From Octopus sinensis (Eukaryota), in the NCBI RefSeq assembly GCF_006345805.1, contig NC_042999.1:22196001-22260000 (forward strand): a DNA stretch of 64,000 nucleotides, given 5' to 3'. The translations under genes and the position numbers were made by a program. Of the stretch, positions 47,105-58,368 are shown one piece after another (position 1 is the stretch's first letter; every line of letters starts with the position of its first letter). The notes below the pieces were generated by a model. It did not search any database. It was not told the origin of the DNA and saw only the letters and a program-made list of their open reading frames with translations.

Positions 47105-47556
47105 ACTGCACGGTTGCAGTATTGAAAGAATGCGTGTGGCGTACGGGAATGGAAGGAATCGAAACAGCGTCCTTCGTCTCTAGCTCCGGGTTGCTCTCCT
47201 ACTCCAGATACCATCTGAAGAGCAAGATGGGGTTGGAGAAGAGGACCCTGCCGCAGAGTGTGTATGATAAAAGATGGAAGGAAATGACGAAAAAGGTGGG
47301 TGTCAGGAACCCAGTTTGATCATTGATGGAGGAACAATGGATAGCTGCGGGGCCTTACAGGCTGCCGGGTAGGTAGAGAGAACTTGGATTTAATTGATTG
47401 TTTAATTGATTCATTTTGTAACATAAGGAGTATCCAAGGTCATCGAAGTATATATAATCTTGAAATTTTTAGACGAACTCATTCGACATTTTCTGTGTAA
47501 TGTTGTGTCCTATATTGTCCTATTCTATATATGATTTTTATAATCTTAATAAAAGG
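47105..47556 (+). mobile_element. Tx1/L1-clade LINE 3' fragment (ORF2 end and 3' UTR)
   Basis: AVLKECVWRTGMEG...YHLKSKMGLEKRTLPQSVYDKRWKEM parallels AKECIWWTR...YHLKRKVRVERKVLSSECFKKRW of 28362-29384; ends in aataaaagg. Confidence 0.75.
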
Positions 47557-47567
47557 TTCAGAGCTGC

Positions 47568-47870
47568 ATTTCTTATGAAGGGAGCCGTGCTAGTGTAGCC
47601 GGTCAAGGCAAAAAAAAAAGAAGGGAAAAAACGGGAAAAGAACAAGGAATAAACTAAGGAAAAAGCCGGTGGGTTAAACAAAAACCCCAGAACAATATTT
47701 TTAATTATACATATTTTTATTCTTCACCTTCGATTTTAAAATTTAATTTCTCAATTCGATTTCATCCAAATTATTATGAATGTAACCCCAGCATTATGCA
47801 AGACTGTCCTTGTTTCGTTCCCGCCCCTGTTCTGTTCCTTCTGTGTATGCCCTTACAGGCAATAAAGAAA
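47568..47870 (+). mobile_element. Short 5'-truncated LINE 3' end with 11-bp TSD
   Basis: Ends tgtgtatgcccttacaggcAATAAAgaaa; TTCAGAGCTGC at 47557-47567 and 47871-47881. Confidence 0.65.
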
Positions 47871-49330
47871 TTCAGAGCTGCGTCTCTAACCTACATCTCG
47901 GTGTTGGCTGCTGCTCGTTTGTGAGTTCGTTTTGCGTTATTCCCATGTTTTGTTGTTATCACACTGTTTGTTATTGCACTAGTTATTATTAAAATTTGAA
48001 CTGTTATCAATTTGTTAAGTGTAATTTTCGCCCTGAGGGCAGAAAATTGTGAATTTGTTATTTGTTGGAAACGACTACTGTTGAACTTTTTGAACTCTGT
48101 GATATTTTACCCCCTTTGCAGGGTAAAAAAAATATTATTTTTGTCATTTTTGGCAAAAATTATTTTTCAAAAAATATTCTAGCTATTCCTTTTGAAGGAA
48201 TTCATTTTGTAATGGAATTTAACGTCATGTCGAGGGAGGATTTCCCAGAGATGAAGAAGGCACAAGAAAAAATGTTGATAGTGCAAAGCAAGTGTCTGGG
48301 GAGAAACCCGCTTTTCAGCTGCCGTAGGCGGGAATATGATAGAGATAGCGGTAACGGTGGCGGAATTATTTAAGTATCGAGATTTAGTGAATAAAAACGG
48401 AAATGATACAAAATTACTACCCCCGCAGGAAATTGTTCAGAATTTAGTGACAAAAACGGTAGTTTACAAAACTTATAATGTAAAAGAAAAAAAAAGGATT
48501 GTGACTTGCAAAGTAAAATAATTAAAAGGTGTTTGGCACCGATTTCTAACAAGATTGTGTATGTCGGACGTGGTACAAGGAGCGCCACAGTGGAGGCGCG
48601 GTTCGCTAACGAGAAGACAGCTAAGGAGTTATCCACAATGACTTTAAAAAGCGAGGAGATAATCATACTACCCACGTATTTGGTGTAAACGAACCGCAAA
48701 AATTGCAGTAGAAGAGATACCAGCGGGGTACGAGGTAATCTGGATAGCGGCAGCCATAACATATGATATGGAGGAGAAAATGGCGGCATTGAAGATGAAG
48801 AAGAAAGTGGCCGAAAATTGGAAAGGACAGACACTTGAGATCGTGGACCAGGCCTCACCTGAAGAATTTGAAATGCTGCTAGATAGGGTTTTTATAGGGG
48901 AGGGGCTGAGTGTAAGAGTTGCAGTAGAGGGGCTTAGGTCACGTTGCTTTAAATATGGCGAAAAGGGTCACGTCCGCTCTCAATGCGAAACAAAAAGAAA
49001 GAGTGAAGCCCCTCCTCAAAAAGAACACCAAAAAGATCCGCAAGAAAAGGGAGGAAAAGAAAAACAAACGGAAAGGATGGAAAAGGAGGTAGAAGAAACG
49101 AAAAGACAAGAAGAGAAACAAAACAAAAACACAGAAATGGATTTTACCGTGGTTACATCCCACAAGATGGAAAAGGCTCAAGCCCCGGACTCCCCTCCCC
49201 ATACAAAGAAAACAAGTAAGCATGCTACAGACACACACGAAAATACTCCCCACATCATCCACTTTAGCAAACCCCACCCCAAGACGAAAGATGAGAGCCA
49301 GCTAGCCAACCTGTTTCAAATATACAGAAT
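47871..49330 (+). mobile_element. Tx1/L1-clade LINE 5' part: 5' UTR and frameshifted gag-like ORF1 with zinc knuckle
   Basis: Broken ORFs 48226-49334 with RCFKYGEKGHVRSQC (CX2CX4HX4C with one C>Y change) followed by a K/E-rich tail. Confidence 0.75.
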
Positions 49331-49339
49331 ATGAGGGGT

Positions 49340-49510
49340 AGTTCAGTGGTGATTTGGTGATTTAAACGAATAGGTATGCTGGTTAAGTGCTGTAACGGAT
49401 TATTAGGGCTCCAAGCTCGTAACTGAGACGGGAGCTTTGGATCCATTTTAGGTTTGCGAATTATCTTATGTATATTTGTGAAAGAGGACAACAAACGCCG
49501 AGGCATAACA
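49340..49510 (-). pseudogene. Penelope-like element ORF relic (RT to GIY-YIG linker)
   Basis: FTNIHKIIRK..MDPKL...RAW.PNNPLQHLTS resembles the PLE NIHKIIRKH...DP.L....AFRR..NL motif (recalled from memory). Confidence 0.45.
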
Positions 49511-49795
49511 AGCATCTCAAGTCGTATACATTATTTTAAATTATTCTTATATTATTCTTAAGAATAATATAAGTTGAGCAGTACATAGAAAGTATATAAA
49601 ACAACTTTCAGGAACAGTAATGGTTTAGTAGTGTAGAAAGTTGTAAATTATTCCCGTTCGATAATCGGTTATCAGCTGGGGTTGCTGTATATGTATTCCT
49701 AAACTAAGGAATGAAGTAGATAAAAATCTAGGCTACATATATTTCACAGCTAGCAGAACTTTGGAAGTAGTAATTATTCAAATGAGGGCTAATCC

Positions 49796-49977
49796 GCTAG
49801 CTACTCGTCGGGCCGAGGTTACCTTAATCAAAAGAAGTTTATATTATTGCCAAGGGATCCCATGTTTACTTGCATGAGTCATTTCCGATTGAATCTCCAG
49901 CGAGTCAACACGGGATCCCTTGACGACAATGTAAACTTCTTTTGATTAATATATCTTCGGACTAACGAGTAGCTAGC
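49796..49977. repeat. Inverted repeat (~75-bp arms)
   Basis: gctagctactcgt...ttaatcaaaagaagtttat...caagggatcccatgttt mirrored by aacacgggatcccttg...aaacttcttttgattaa...acgagtagctagc. Confidence 0.8.
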
Positions 49978-50084
49978 ATATTGACCATTGTTTGAGGAAT
50001 TACTATTTCCGAGGTTCTGCTAGTTTTGAAAAGGATGTAGTATGGATTTTATGTACTCTATTCTCTAATTTTGGATATCCTCTT

Positions 50085-50372
50085 CTTCTTCTTAATCCTT
50101 TTTGCCCCTTGTAGAGCATAGGGCCGGTTTCCCGGTTTCCTTGGCGTATAGGTTCCCCACCTGGACGGGACATCGATCCGTCGCAGGTGAGTTGCAAGAT
50201 GCAGGAGGAAAGATTGAGAGAAAGTTGTGGTGAAAGAGTCAGCAGAAGTTCGCCATTACCTTCTGCCGGAGCCGCGTGGAACTTAGGTGTTTCGCTCATA
50301 AGCACACACATCGCCCGGTCTGAGATTCGAACCCGCGATCCCTCTGCTCTAACCATTAAGTCATGTGCCTCC
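50085..50372 (-). mobile_element. SINE-C variant with RTE-like tail
   Basis: C-type head and middle; tail gccctatgctctacaaggggcaaaaaggattaagaagaagaag. Confidence 0.75.
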
Positions 50373-50439
50373 ACAATTTTGGGATACAATATATACACAT
50401 ATATATATATATACATATACAACTATGAGAGAGAATCCA

Positions 50440-50700
50440 TTATGTAGACGCTCTTACGCTAGATATAGATCCACAAAGGGACTCAACCGCTATGAATTGA
50501 TCTCAAGAAATAATTTACCACACTAAGAACGTAAGCGAGCAGGACAAATGAAAAATAACGAAAATATAGATTAACCCCATACAATTGTATGGGGTTAATC
50601 TATATTTACTGAATCTCAGTCTTTTATACGCTAGGCCACTGGTGACCAAATTGATGTTATTAAATTAATATCCAATTTTTTTCACCCTCTTTTTGACTTA
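50440..50700. mobile_element. Repeat family K with central perfect 46-bp palindrome (50562-50607)
   Basis: aaatatagattaaccccatacaa|ttgtatggggttaatctatattt. Confidence 0.65.
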
Positions 50701-51527
50701 TATATATACCCACTCCGAAAGAGCAACAAAGAGAGAGCGAGGTGAGAGTCGGAAAAATACCTTATACTAGTCTTCTCTTAGTAGAGTAGAATGAATCTAT
50801 GAGCAGGCAAACAAATGGTATAGGTTTAGATCGTGTTATTTGTTTGCTTGTGTGTGTGTGTGTGTTTATATTTTTCACTTATTGCACAGAAGAACAGGTG
50901 CACCTCAATGATCCTCAGGCGAGGAAATGTTACATGTTTCGAAAACGAGGTGTTTATGTTACATCAATTTTTCCGTTTGTGATATGTTGACTTGTCTCTT
51001 AGTCTTTGAACTGTTTCTCTGAGGTCTCAGTTCAGCTGTCGCATTTCTGAATTTAATGGTATAAACGCTCTGTTTTCAAACCGCTCTTTTCGCTTTCTTT
51101 CCTATTTTTCTTCTGAATTTCTTTGGCCAAGCTGTTCCTCATACTTTGTAAATATTTACACATCATATCTATAAGAATCTTTGAAATATTTAATCCGAGG
51201 TATAAAGAATTACTGATAAAGAATTACTGTTCATGAAATCAGATGAAGCCTTGTGATTCATAAAATTAGATAAAGCCTTGAATCAGATGAAGTCTATATC
51301 TGATAGAATCCAGCTAAATAATGGTTGTGATAATCCCATTTACTTCTTTATTAGTTTGTTTGTCTTTTTCTCAGACTTACAATATCCGAGAACATATTCA
51401 TTTTTGTACTTTTCTCTTTTCTTGTAAATCGTGTCTGAGTTAAGCATTATTTGGCTGTTGTTTCTAGTTTGTCTTGTAAACATGTAAAAGCTTCCTCACT
51501 GAATCACCTGTTTTTTTTTGGGGGGGG

Positions 51528-51702
51528 GGATCTTTTCCTTTTGAACGGCACTTTGTAACGTAATTTCTAGGTAACTAAAAAGTTTTAAACTTCGTATACT
51601 GGTAGAATGTGTTTATAATACATCATTTTCTCTTGGCTTTATTGAGAAAATTCTATAGGTTGTAACATATGTTACAAAGTGCGGTTCAAAAGGAAAAGAT
51701 CC
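51528..51702. mobile_element. MITE-like element with ~35-bp terminal inverted repeats
   Basis: ggatcttttcctttttgaacggcactttgtaac ... gttacaaagtgcggttcaaaaggaaaagatcc. Confidence 0.65.
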
Positions 51703-51779
51703 TTTTTTTGTTTTTTTTTTTGTTTTTTGTGGGGGCCGGTGGAAGAGGAACATTTTGTTACTCCCACCAGTCTTTATTA

Positions 51780-51970
51780 ATCTGCGAAAGAAAGACGATG
51801 AGATGGCGGACAAAATACTTAGCCTTTCGCCCTTCTTTACGTTCTGAGTTCAACTTCTGCTGAGGTCGACTTTGCCTTTCCTACTCTCGCGATTAATAAA
51901 ATAAATACCAGTTGCACACTATCCCTCACGCCTAAAATTTAAAGCCTTGTGCCTATAGTAGAAAGGATTA
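51780..51970 (+). mobile_element. Degraded SINE-B
   Basis: ttacgttctgagttcaacttctgctgaggtcgactttgcctttc...gccttgtgcctatagtagaaagg. Confidence 0.75.
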
Positions 51971-52089
51971 TTTGGTTCTTTTTTCTAGCTTTTCCTGTGA
52001 CCATGTAAAAGCTCCTTCACTAAATCCCGTTTTTGTATGGGGGGTGGGTAATTCTACTATGTGTTTCTATTAAGCTGTAAAAGAAAGGC

Positions 52090-52290
52090 TGCGAGTAAGT
52101 AGGATTGTTAACGCCTCAAACAAAATGAATAACGGTATTTCTTTCGGCTCTGTACGTTCCGAGTTCAAACACCAACGAAGTCAACTTTGCCCTCATCCTT
52201 TCGGATTTTGTTAACATAAACTACAAATACTAGAGTCGGTGTAAGTCACTTGCCCCTTCCCCTCAACAATGTTGACCTTGTACCAAACTT
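52090..52290 (+). mobile_element. Degraded SINE-B
   Basis: gttccgagttcaaac...gtcaactttgccctcatcctttcgg. Confidence 0.6.
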
Positions 52291-52650
52291 AGAATGAATC
52301 TATAAAAGAATGTCAATGGCCTTCCCTTTTGAAGCCCTTCCTAAATTGCGTTGCTGGCCACTAAAACTCTTTAAAATGTGTGAATAGAAACACTTCAGAT
52401 TTGTAAAAGATGTAAAGAGCTTCTTGTGACGTTCATGTTATTCTTAAAAAATTTTGAATGAAGTTTCATTTCATTTCTTCTCATCCTCCTCCTTCTCCCA
52501 CTCCTGTTCCTCTCGTTAATTATTAATGAAAAAAAAATAATGAGTTAAATAACACAATGAAACTGTGAAATTAATTGTCTTTCTCAACGTTGCTCACCAA
52601 ATTATATTTTTAATTATCGGCAGAGGGGAGATCTCTGTGTATGCGTATGT

Positions 52651-52681
<31 letters not shown>

Positions 52682-52689
52682 AGTGTGTG

Positions 52690-52915
52690 TTTAGGTGCGT
52701 GTGTGTGTGTGCGAGTGTATATATCTTTGTGCTTTCCCCTTCCCTCGTCGCCTGACAACCGGTGTGAGTTTGTTTAAGTCCCTGTAACATAGAGATTCAG
52801 CAATAAAGACCAGGCATTAAAAAAATACGTAGAGAGATCGATTTTTCTACTAAACACTACAAGATAATGCACCAGCATGGCCGCAACCACAGCTGAAACA
52901 AATAAACGATAAACG
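52690..52915 (+). mobile_element. Degraded SINE-A 3' half
   Basis: cgcctgacaaccggtg...ccagcatggccgcaacc..ctgaaacaa. Confidence 0.6.
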
Positions 52916-53459
52916 ACATCGAAAAGATTTTCTTATTTCTTTTTTTCTTGTTTTTTTTTGTAAAATTTGTTATTTTTACGTATAATATATTAGGCGTATT
53001 GTTCCTGACATAAATTGCCAAGAATTTGAGAGGAATGGCTATAATACCATAATTCAGTGATTAAGCACAAATGGGGTTCTGTCAGCGCTTGAACTAAAGA
53101 AGATCCTTAACCTATGCAAAAATTTCAAGAATGTACAGAAACAACTCCTATCTCTACACTTTTGGTAACGCTAGGCTTCTGAAAGACACACTGACACACT
53201 GCAGCGGTTTTGACGATTGAAGAGCAGCAAGCCAATGAAATAAGTTATAGATAATTCTATGTGTTTGCTAGACTCGCTAGATATAGCAACCAAATCACCC
53301 TCCAAATTATATTTTAATGTAAGCAAAGTAAATGAGTCTACGCCGATTTCGTAGATGAGTATTCAACTGTTTGATCAAATATGTTGGTGCATATTGAGTT
53401 AGTGTGTAAGGGGCCACTTTACAAATAGGTGTACCTACAACGTAGTCTCGGGCAGAGTT

Positions 53460-53521
53460 AGTGTGACACAGTGTGACACGGGGTGATACAGCGTGACACG
53501 GCATGATACAGCGTGACACGG
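53460..53521. repeat. 10-bp minisatellite, six units (gtgacacagt/gtgacacggg/gtgatacagc...)
   Basis: Direct reading. Confidence 0.8.
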
Positions 53522-54253
53522 TGGTGAGTAGGCTATCCTTTTAAATTGCCGGTTCATACCACAGGCTTCTACATAGCGTCCGCCTATTCAGTTTCTTACA
53601 CAAGGACTTGGATGGGTTCAAAGCTAGGGCAAAAGACACCGGCCCCGGATGCCGTGAGGTGGGATCGAAAGCAATTACCTCACGATTGCGAGACGGTTTT
53701 CGCAACCATTTGACTATGCTGCATCTACCTCGGTATCTTAAATAAGAAACTGACACAAGATGATGTACTCCGTGAAAAGAAATGAAAAAGAGATAGGATG
53801 GGTAGAGCTGAGACGCTTTTGTTCTTATGGATTGCTTGATCAGAGTTAATCCGAGGCTAAAAACAACAACAGCGATGAGATACTGGTTGATTTCAATGAA
53901 GCTAAACAACAATAATAGCGAAACGGATAAATTAATATGTAAGTAAACAGATAGATAGAGAAAAAAAGAGAGAGAGAGAGATAATACAGACAGACAAGCA
54001 CACACACACATACACAAATGGAGACTGAAACACATGACCATATACAAACACGCACACTTCATACTCACACAAGGACACATATTGAGGCACACATCTATAC
54101 ATTACAGACGCAGGTACATAGTCACACAAACCCATACGCATAGATACACTCAATCTTGTGGATTTAGCGGTCAATCATATATATATATATATACACCCAC
54201 GATGGGGATCTTTCAGTTTCCGTCCACCAAATCCAGTCACAAGGCTTTGGTGC

Positions 54254-54638
54254 TCTTTACTCTTTTACTTGTTTCAGTCATTTGACTGCGGCACCGCCTT
54301 TAGTCGAGCAAATCGACCCCGGGACTTATTCTTTGTAAGCCTAGTACTTATTCTATCGGTCTCTTTTGCCGAACCGCTAGTGACGGGGACGTAAACACAC
54401 CAGCATCGGTTGTCAAGCAATGCTAGGGGGACAAACACAGACACACAAACATATACACACACACTTATATATATATATATACATATATACGACAGGCTTC
54501 TTTCAGTTTCCGTCTACCAAATCCACTCACAAGGCATTGGTCGACCCGAGGCTATAGCAGAAGACACTTGCCCACGATGCCACGCAGTGGGACTGAACCC
54601 GAAACCATGTGGTTGGTTAGCAAGCTACTTACCACACA
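54254..54638 (-). mobile_element. SINE-A copy (flanked by small duplicated fragments at 54190-54253 and 54640-54745)
   Basis: Near-consensus reverse complement. Confidence 0.88.
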
Positions 54639-54949
54639 CGGGACTATATTTGAAGAAGACACGTGCCAAGTTTTCATGCAGTGGGACTGAACCCGAAACA
54701 GCACGGTTGGAAAGCAAGCCTTTCAAACCCCAAGACAAAGCTGCACCTGTCATGTCTAAAGACAAATCTGGATAATCCTAATTAGAATGCTGTTCATTGA
54801 GCGCTAATCTAGGGCTATCCAACAATATGGAATTGATATACTGGCTTTAGATAATCCTACTACTGTGCCTACTTAAGTCTAAACATCTTCATCCGTTGTG
54901 GATTTTGTTTCTTGGCTTGGTTTTCGCAACCACACTTTCCCCAGGACTC

Positions 54950-55080
54950 GGGGGCGTGCGTCTGGCACGAGTGTACTGAAGCTGGCCACTAGACTCGAGT
55001 GCATAGGTGCGATAGTAACGTGGCGTCAGTGAAACCACAAACAGCTCTTTCTGTATAGATTTATGTAAGTAAGCGTGAGC
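54950..55080 (+). promoter_or_regulatory. Possible core promoter and short first exon
   Basis: CpG-rich unique sequence, GC-box-like ggggcgtg, TCAGT Inr-like motif at 55026-55030, GTAAGT donor at 55065-55070. Confidence 0.25.
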
Positions 55081-55962
55081 GGTGCATGTCTGTGTGAAAG
55101 TGGCAGCGATTCGTCATCCTTTACTCTTTTGTGTGTGTGAGTGAGTGTGTTTTTCTTTTTTTTTCTTAAATGATTCAGCGAATTCTCTTATCATGTATGA
55201 CTCAACAGCTCAGAAAGGGAGCGAGAGCGAGAGAGAATGTGAGAGAAAGAGAAAGGCAAGAAGAGAAAGTCGTTGATTATTCATCATAACTGGATATTAT
55301 CAAGGTTAGTGCAAAACCGGATTGTTGTGGATGCTTGTGTAATAAGCCAAACAAACACAAATGTATTCCTTAGAAACTATTAACCGCCAGCTATGTATAA
55401 ACTCAGATTTTATAGAAGCTTGAATTTATTGTAAAGGGAAAAAAAGTGATATAAGTAATAACAATGGTGACCGCACTTAAGAAAAATTCAGCCGAGTCAT
55501 GTAAAGCGAGATTTCTATATATCACAGAATATATATTTTATGTGCAAGTCGATAAATGAACGAAATAACAGGGGTATTTTACCGAAGTTATAGATAAATG
55601 CAAGCATTTGTTTAGCGCTCTCTTATTAACACTTTTAGCTTTATTCTTCAGTGATATTTTCTTTTGGCGGTGTGCAAATTCAATGTGGTTAAACTTGTAA
55701 CTCGTTCACCCGTCAGGATATGTATCTCTGTTCTTTTTAAAAGTCGGTGCAGTGCTGGACTAAATAGATTTGTTACGTTCAGCTGTAACCCTATACTTTC
55801 TAATTTTATATCCTCCCCAAGTGTCTACATTTCTTTCTTCTTGGTCCCAGAAAATATCATCAGTAATGTACTTGATTTTCTTCAGTTAGCAAAAGCCTCA
55901 ACGCACCGAAATTTTCGAAATCCTTACTTTTTCTACATCTGCGCATAAGCGTGCGCATATAT

Positions 55963-56193
55963 ATTTCTTTATTACCCACAAGGGACCAAACACAGAGGGG
56001 AACAACAAAGACAGACAAAGGGATTAAGTCGATTATATCGACCCCAGTGCGTAACTGGTACTTATTTAATCGACCCCGAAAGGATGAAGGGCAAATTTGA
56101 CGTCGGCGGAATTTGAACTCAGAACGTAACGACAGACGAAATACCGCTAAGAATTTCGCCCGGCGTGCTAACGTTTCTGCCAGCTCGCCGCCT
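55963..56193 (-). mobile_element. SINE-B monomer with ~17-bp TSD
   Basis: taagcgtgcgcatatat (55946-55962) / taagcgtacacatatat (56194-56210). Confidence 0.9.
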
Positions 56194-56524
56194 TAAGCGT
56201 ACACATATATGCGTATGTATGAGCACAACCGACTTCTGTCTATTTTTGTCGTTGTTTTTATCAAGCAACAGGTCAGTCCTACCTGAGTAGATTTATATTT
56301 GAAGGCGTTTCAGCCATGACAGGCCAATCCTTCACATCACCATTGTGTATCTAAGACTATTTCATTTATATGTCCCACTGCTTTTATAGATATTAAGGTG
56401 TGATTTATACATCTTAAGGTGTGATTTGCTTTTTCTAGCAACTGCAGCGATTACATAGATCCTCACCCACAAACAAAATTTCTCTTCATTAATATTTCGA
56501 ACAGCCTACTGTCAAACTCTCTAT

Positions 56525-56918
56525 GGGATGATGGAAGCACTCCGTCGGTTACGACGACGAGGGTTCCGGTTGATCCGATCAACGGAACAGCCTGCTCGTG
56601 AAATTAACGTGTAAGTGGCTGAGCACTCCACAGACACGTGTACCCTTAACGTAATTCTCGGGGAGATTCAGCGTGACACAGAGAGTAACAAGGCCGGCCC
56701 TTTGAAATACAGGTTCAACAGAAACAGGAAGTAAGAGTGAGAGAAAGTTGTGGTGAAAGAGTACAGCAGGGAACACCACCATCCCTGCCGGAGCCTCGTG
56801 GAGCTTTAGGTGTTTTCGCTCAATAAACACTCACAACGCCCGGTCTGGGAATCGAAACCGCGATCCTACGACCGCGAGTCCGCTGCCCTAACCACTGCCC
56901 TAACCATTGCGCCTCCAC
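56525..56918 (-). mobile_element. Chimeric SINE (C head plus D tail) with 12-bp TSD
   Basis: CAAACTCTCTAT at 56513-56524 and 56919-56930. Confidence 0.9.
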
Positions 56919-57164
56919 CAAACTCTCTATAAACCCATATGAAATAAACAGTTTTAATAGTAATATTGCTTTCTTTCTTGATCCTTTCTTAATTTTAATA
57001 ATAATATTAATGTTAAACACCTTTGAATAATAAAGTTAAATATTCCTTATTTTTCTCATTTGAAATTCGCCTCTGGTATTCACTAGTGTAAAAAGGTTGG
57101 CTGTTTTCTAATAGTTCAAAATACAGACATGTTTTGTTTTTTTTCTGTCCAAGTCTCTGTGTGT

Positions 57165-57330
57165 GAAAGTAGGCATGGCTTTGCGGTAAGAAGCTTGCTT
57201 CCTAACCACATGGTTCCGGGTTCAATCCCACTGCGTGGCACCTTGGTCAAGTGTTTTCTACTATAGCCTCGGACCGACCAAAGCCTTATGAGTTGACTTG
57301 GCAGACAGAAACTGAAGAGAAGCCCGTCGT
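57165..57330 (+). mobile_element. SINE-A 5' half
   Basis: Head and body up to the microsatellite. Confidence 0.8.
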
Positions 57331-57333
57331 ATG

Positions 57334-57364
<31 letters not shown>

Positions 57365-57800
57365 TGTGTGTGTGTGTGTATGTGTGTGTGTGTGTCTTTA
57401 GTAGCATGCATTTCAACAGCCTAGAGATATAAGTTAGAAGGGCCAGTAGCATGCATTTCAACAGCCAAGACAAATATAGGTATATCGAATACACATGTCT
57501 ATGGATAGATAAATATATACATACACATGTACAAGTGTATGTATGTGTGTCTATATGCTTCAATATGCATGTGTATGTATGTGCTTGACTGGCTGAGTAT
57601 GTGAATTTGTGAGTAACAAGCATTTGCTATATTTAAGTAATTACCGACTTACAAGATGTATTGTATAAAAACGGACCCCGGAAGCAAATTTTTCATGCTA
57701 AGAGACCACAGTATTTTGTCATGTTTTAAATATTTTGTTATTAGAAACAATTATTGTTACTGATGCTCATCCAGCTCCCCAGCCTATAACACTCTCTATA

Positions 57801-58200
57801 ACTTTTGGATTTTTTGGAAGCACTCCGTCGGTTACGACGACGAGGGTTCCGGTTGATCCGATCAACGGAACAGCCTGCTCGTGAAATTAACGTGTAAGTG
57901 GCTGAGCACTCCACAGATACGTGTACCCTTAACGTAGTTCTCGGGGATATTCAGCGTGACACAAGAGAGTGACAAGGCCGGCCTTTGAAATACAGGTACA
58001 ACAGAAACAGGAAGAAAGAGTGAGAGAAAGTTGTAGCGAAAGAGTACAGCAGGGCTCACCACCATCCCTGCCGGAGCCTCGTGGAGCTTTAGGTGTTTTC
58101 GCTCAATAAACACTCACAACGCCCGGTCTGGAAATCGAAACCGCGATCCTACGACCGCGAGTCCGCTGCCCTAACCACTGCCCTAACCATGCGCCTCCAC
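57801..58200 (-). mobile_element. Chimeric SINE (C head plus D tail), sibling of 56525-56918
   Basis: Near-identical, including the same ctgccctaacca duplication. Confidence 0.9.
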
Positions 58201-58255
58201 ATCCGCTATACGACTGCATTAGACGCAGAGCAATTTATTTGATTCAATTAAAAAT

Positions 58256-58346
58256 GAAACAATTGCGTCTTATACGCCGGGAATTACGTTACGTTTGGAA
58301 GTTACAAACGTAACGTATTTACTGACGTATAGGACGCAACTGTTTC
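58256..58346. repeat. Inverted repeat (~42-bp arms, 7-nt loop)
   Basis: gaaacaattgcgtcttatacg..tacgttacgtttg / caaacgtaacgta..cgtataggacgcaactgtttc. Confidence 0.75.
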
Positions 58347-58368
58347 GAGTTTGGTATAACGTTACAAA

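Noticed and set aside
51000-51470. Possible decayed LINE RT on the minus strand
   Set aside because: Too degenerate to support a call without a search
55664-55948. 94-aa ORF in non-repetitive sequence
   Set aside because: No recognisable motif or splice signals; its length is expected by chance
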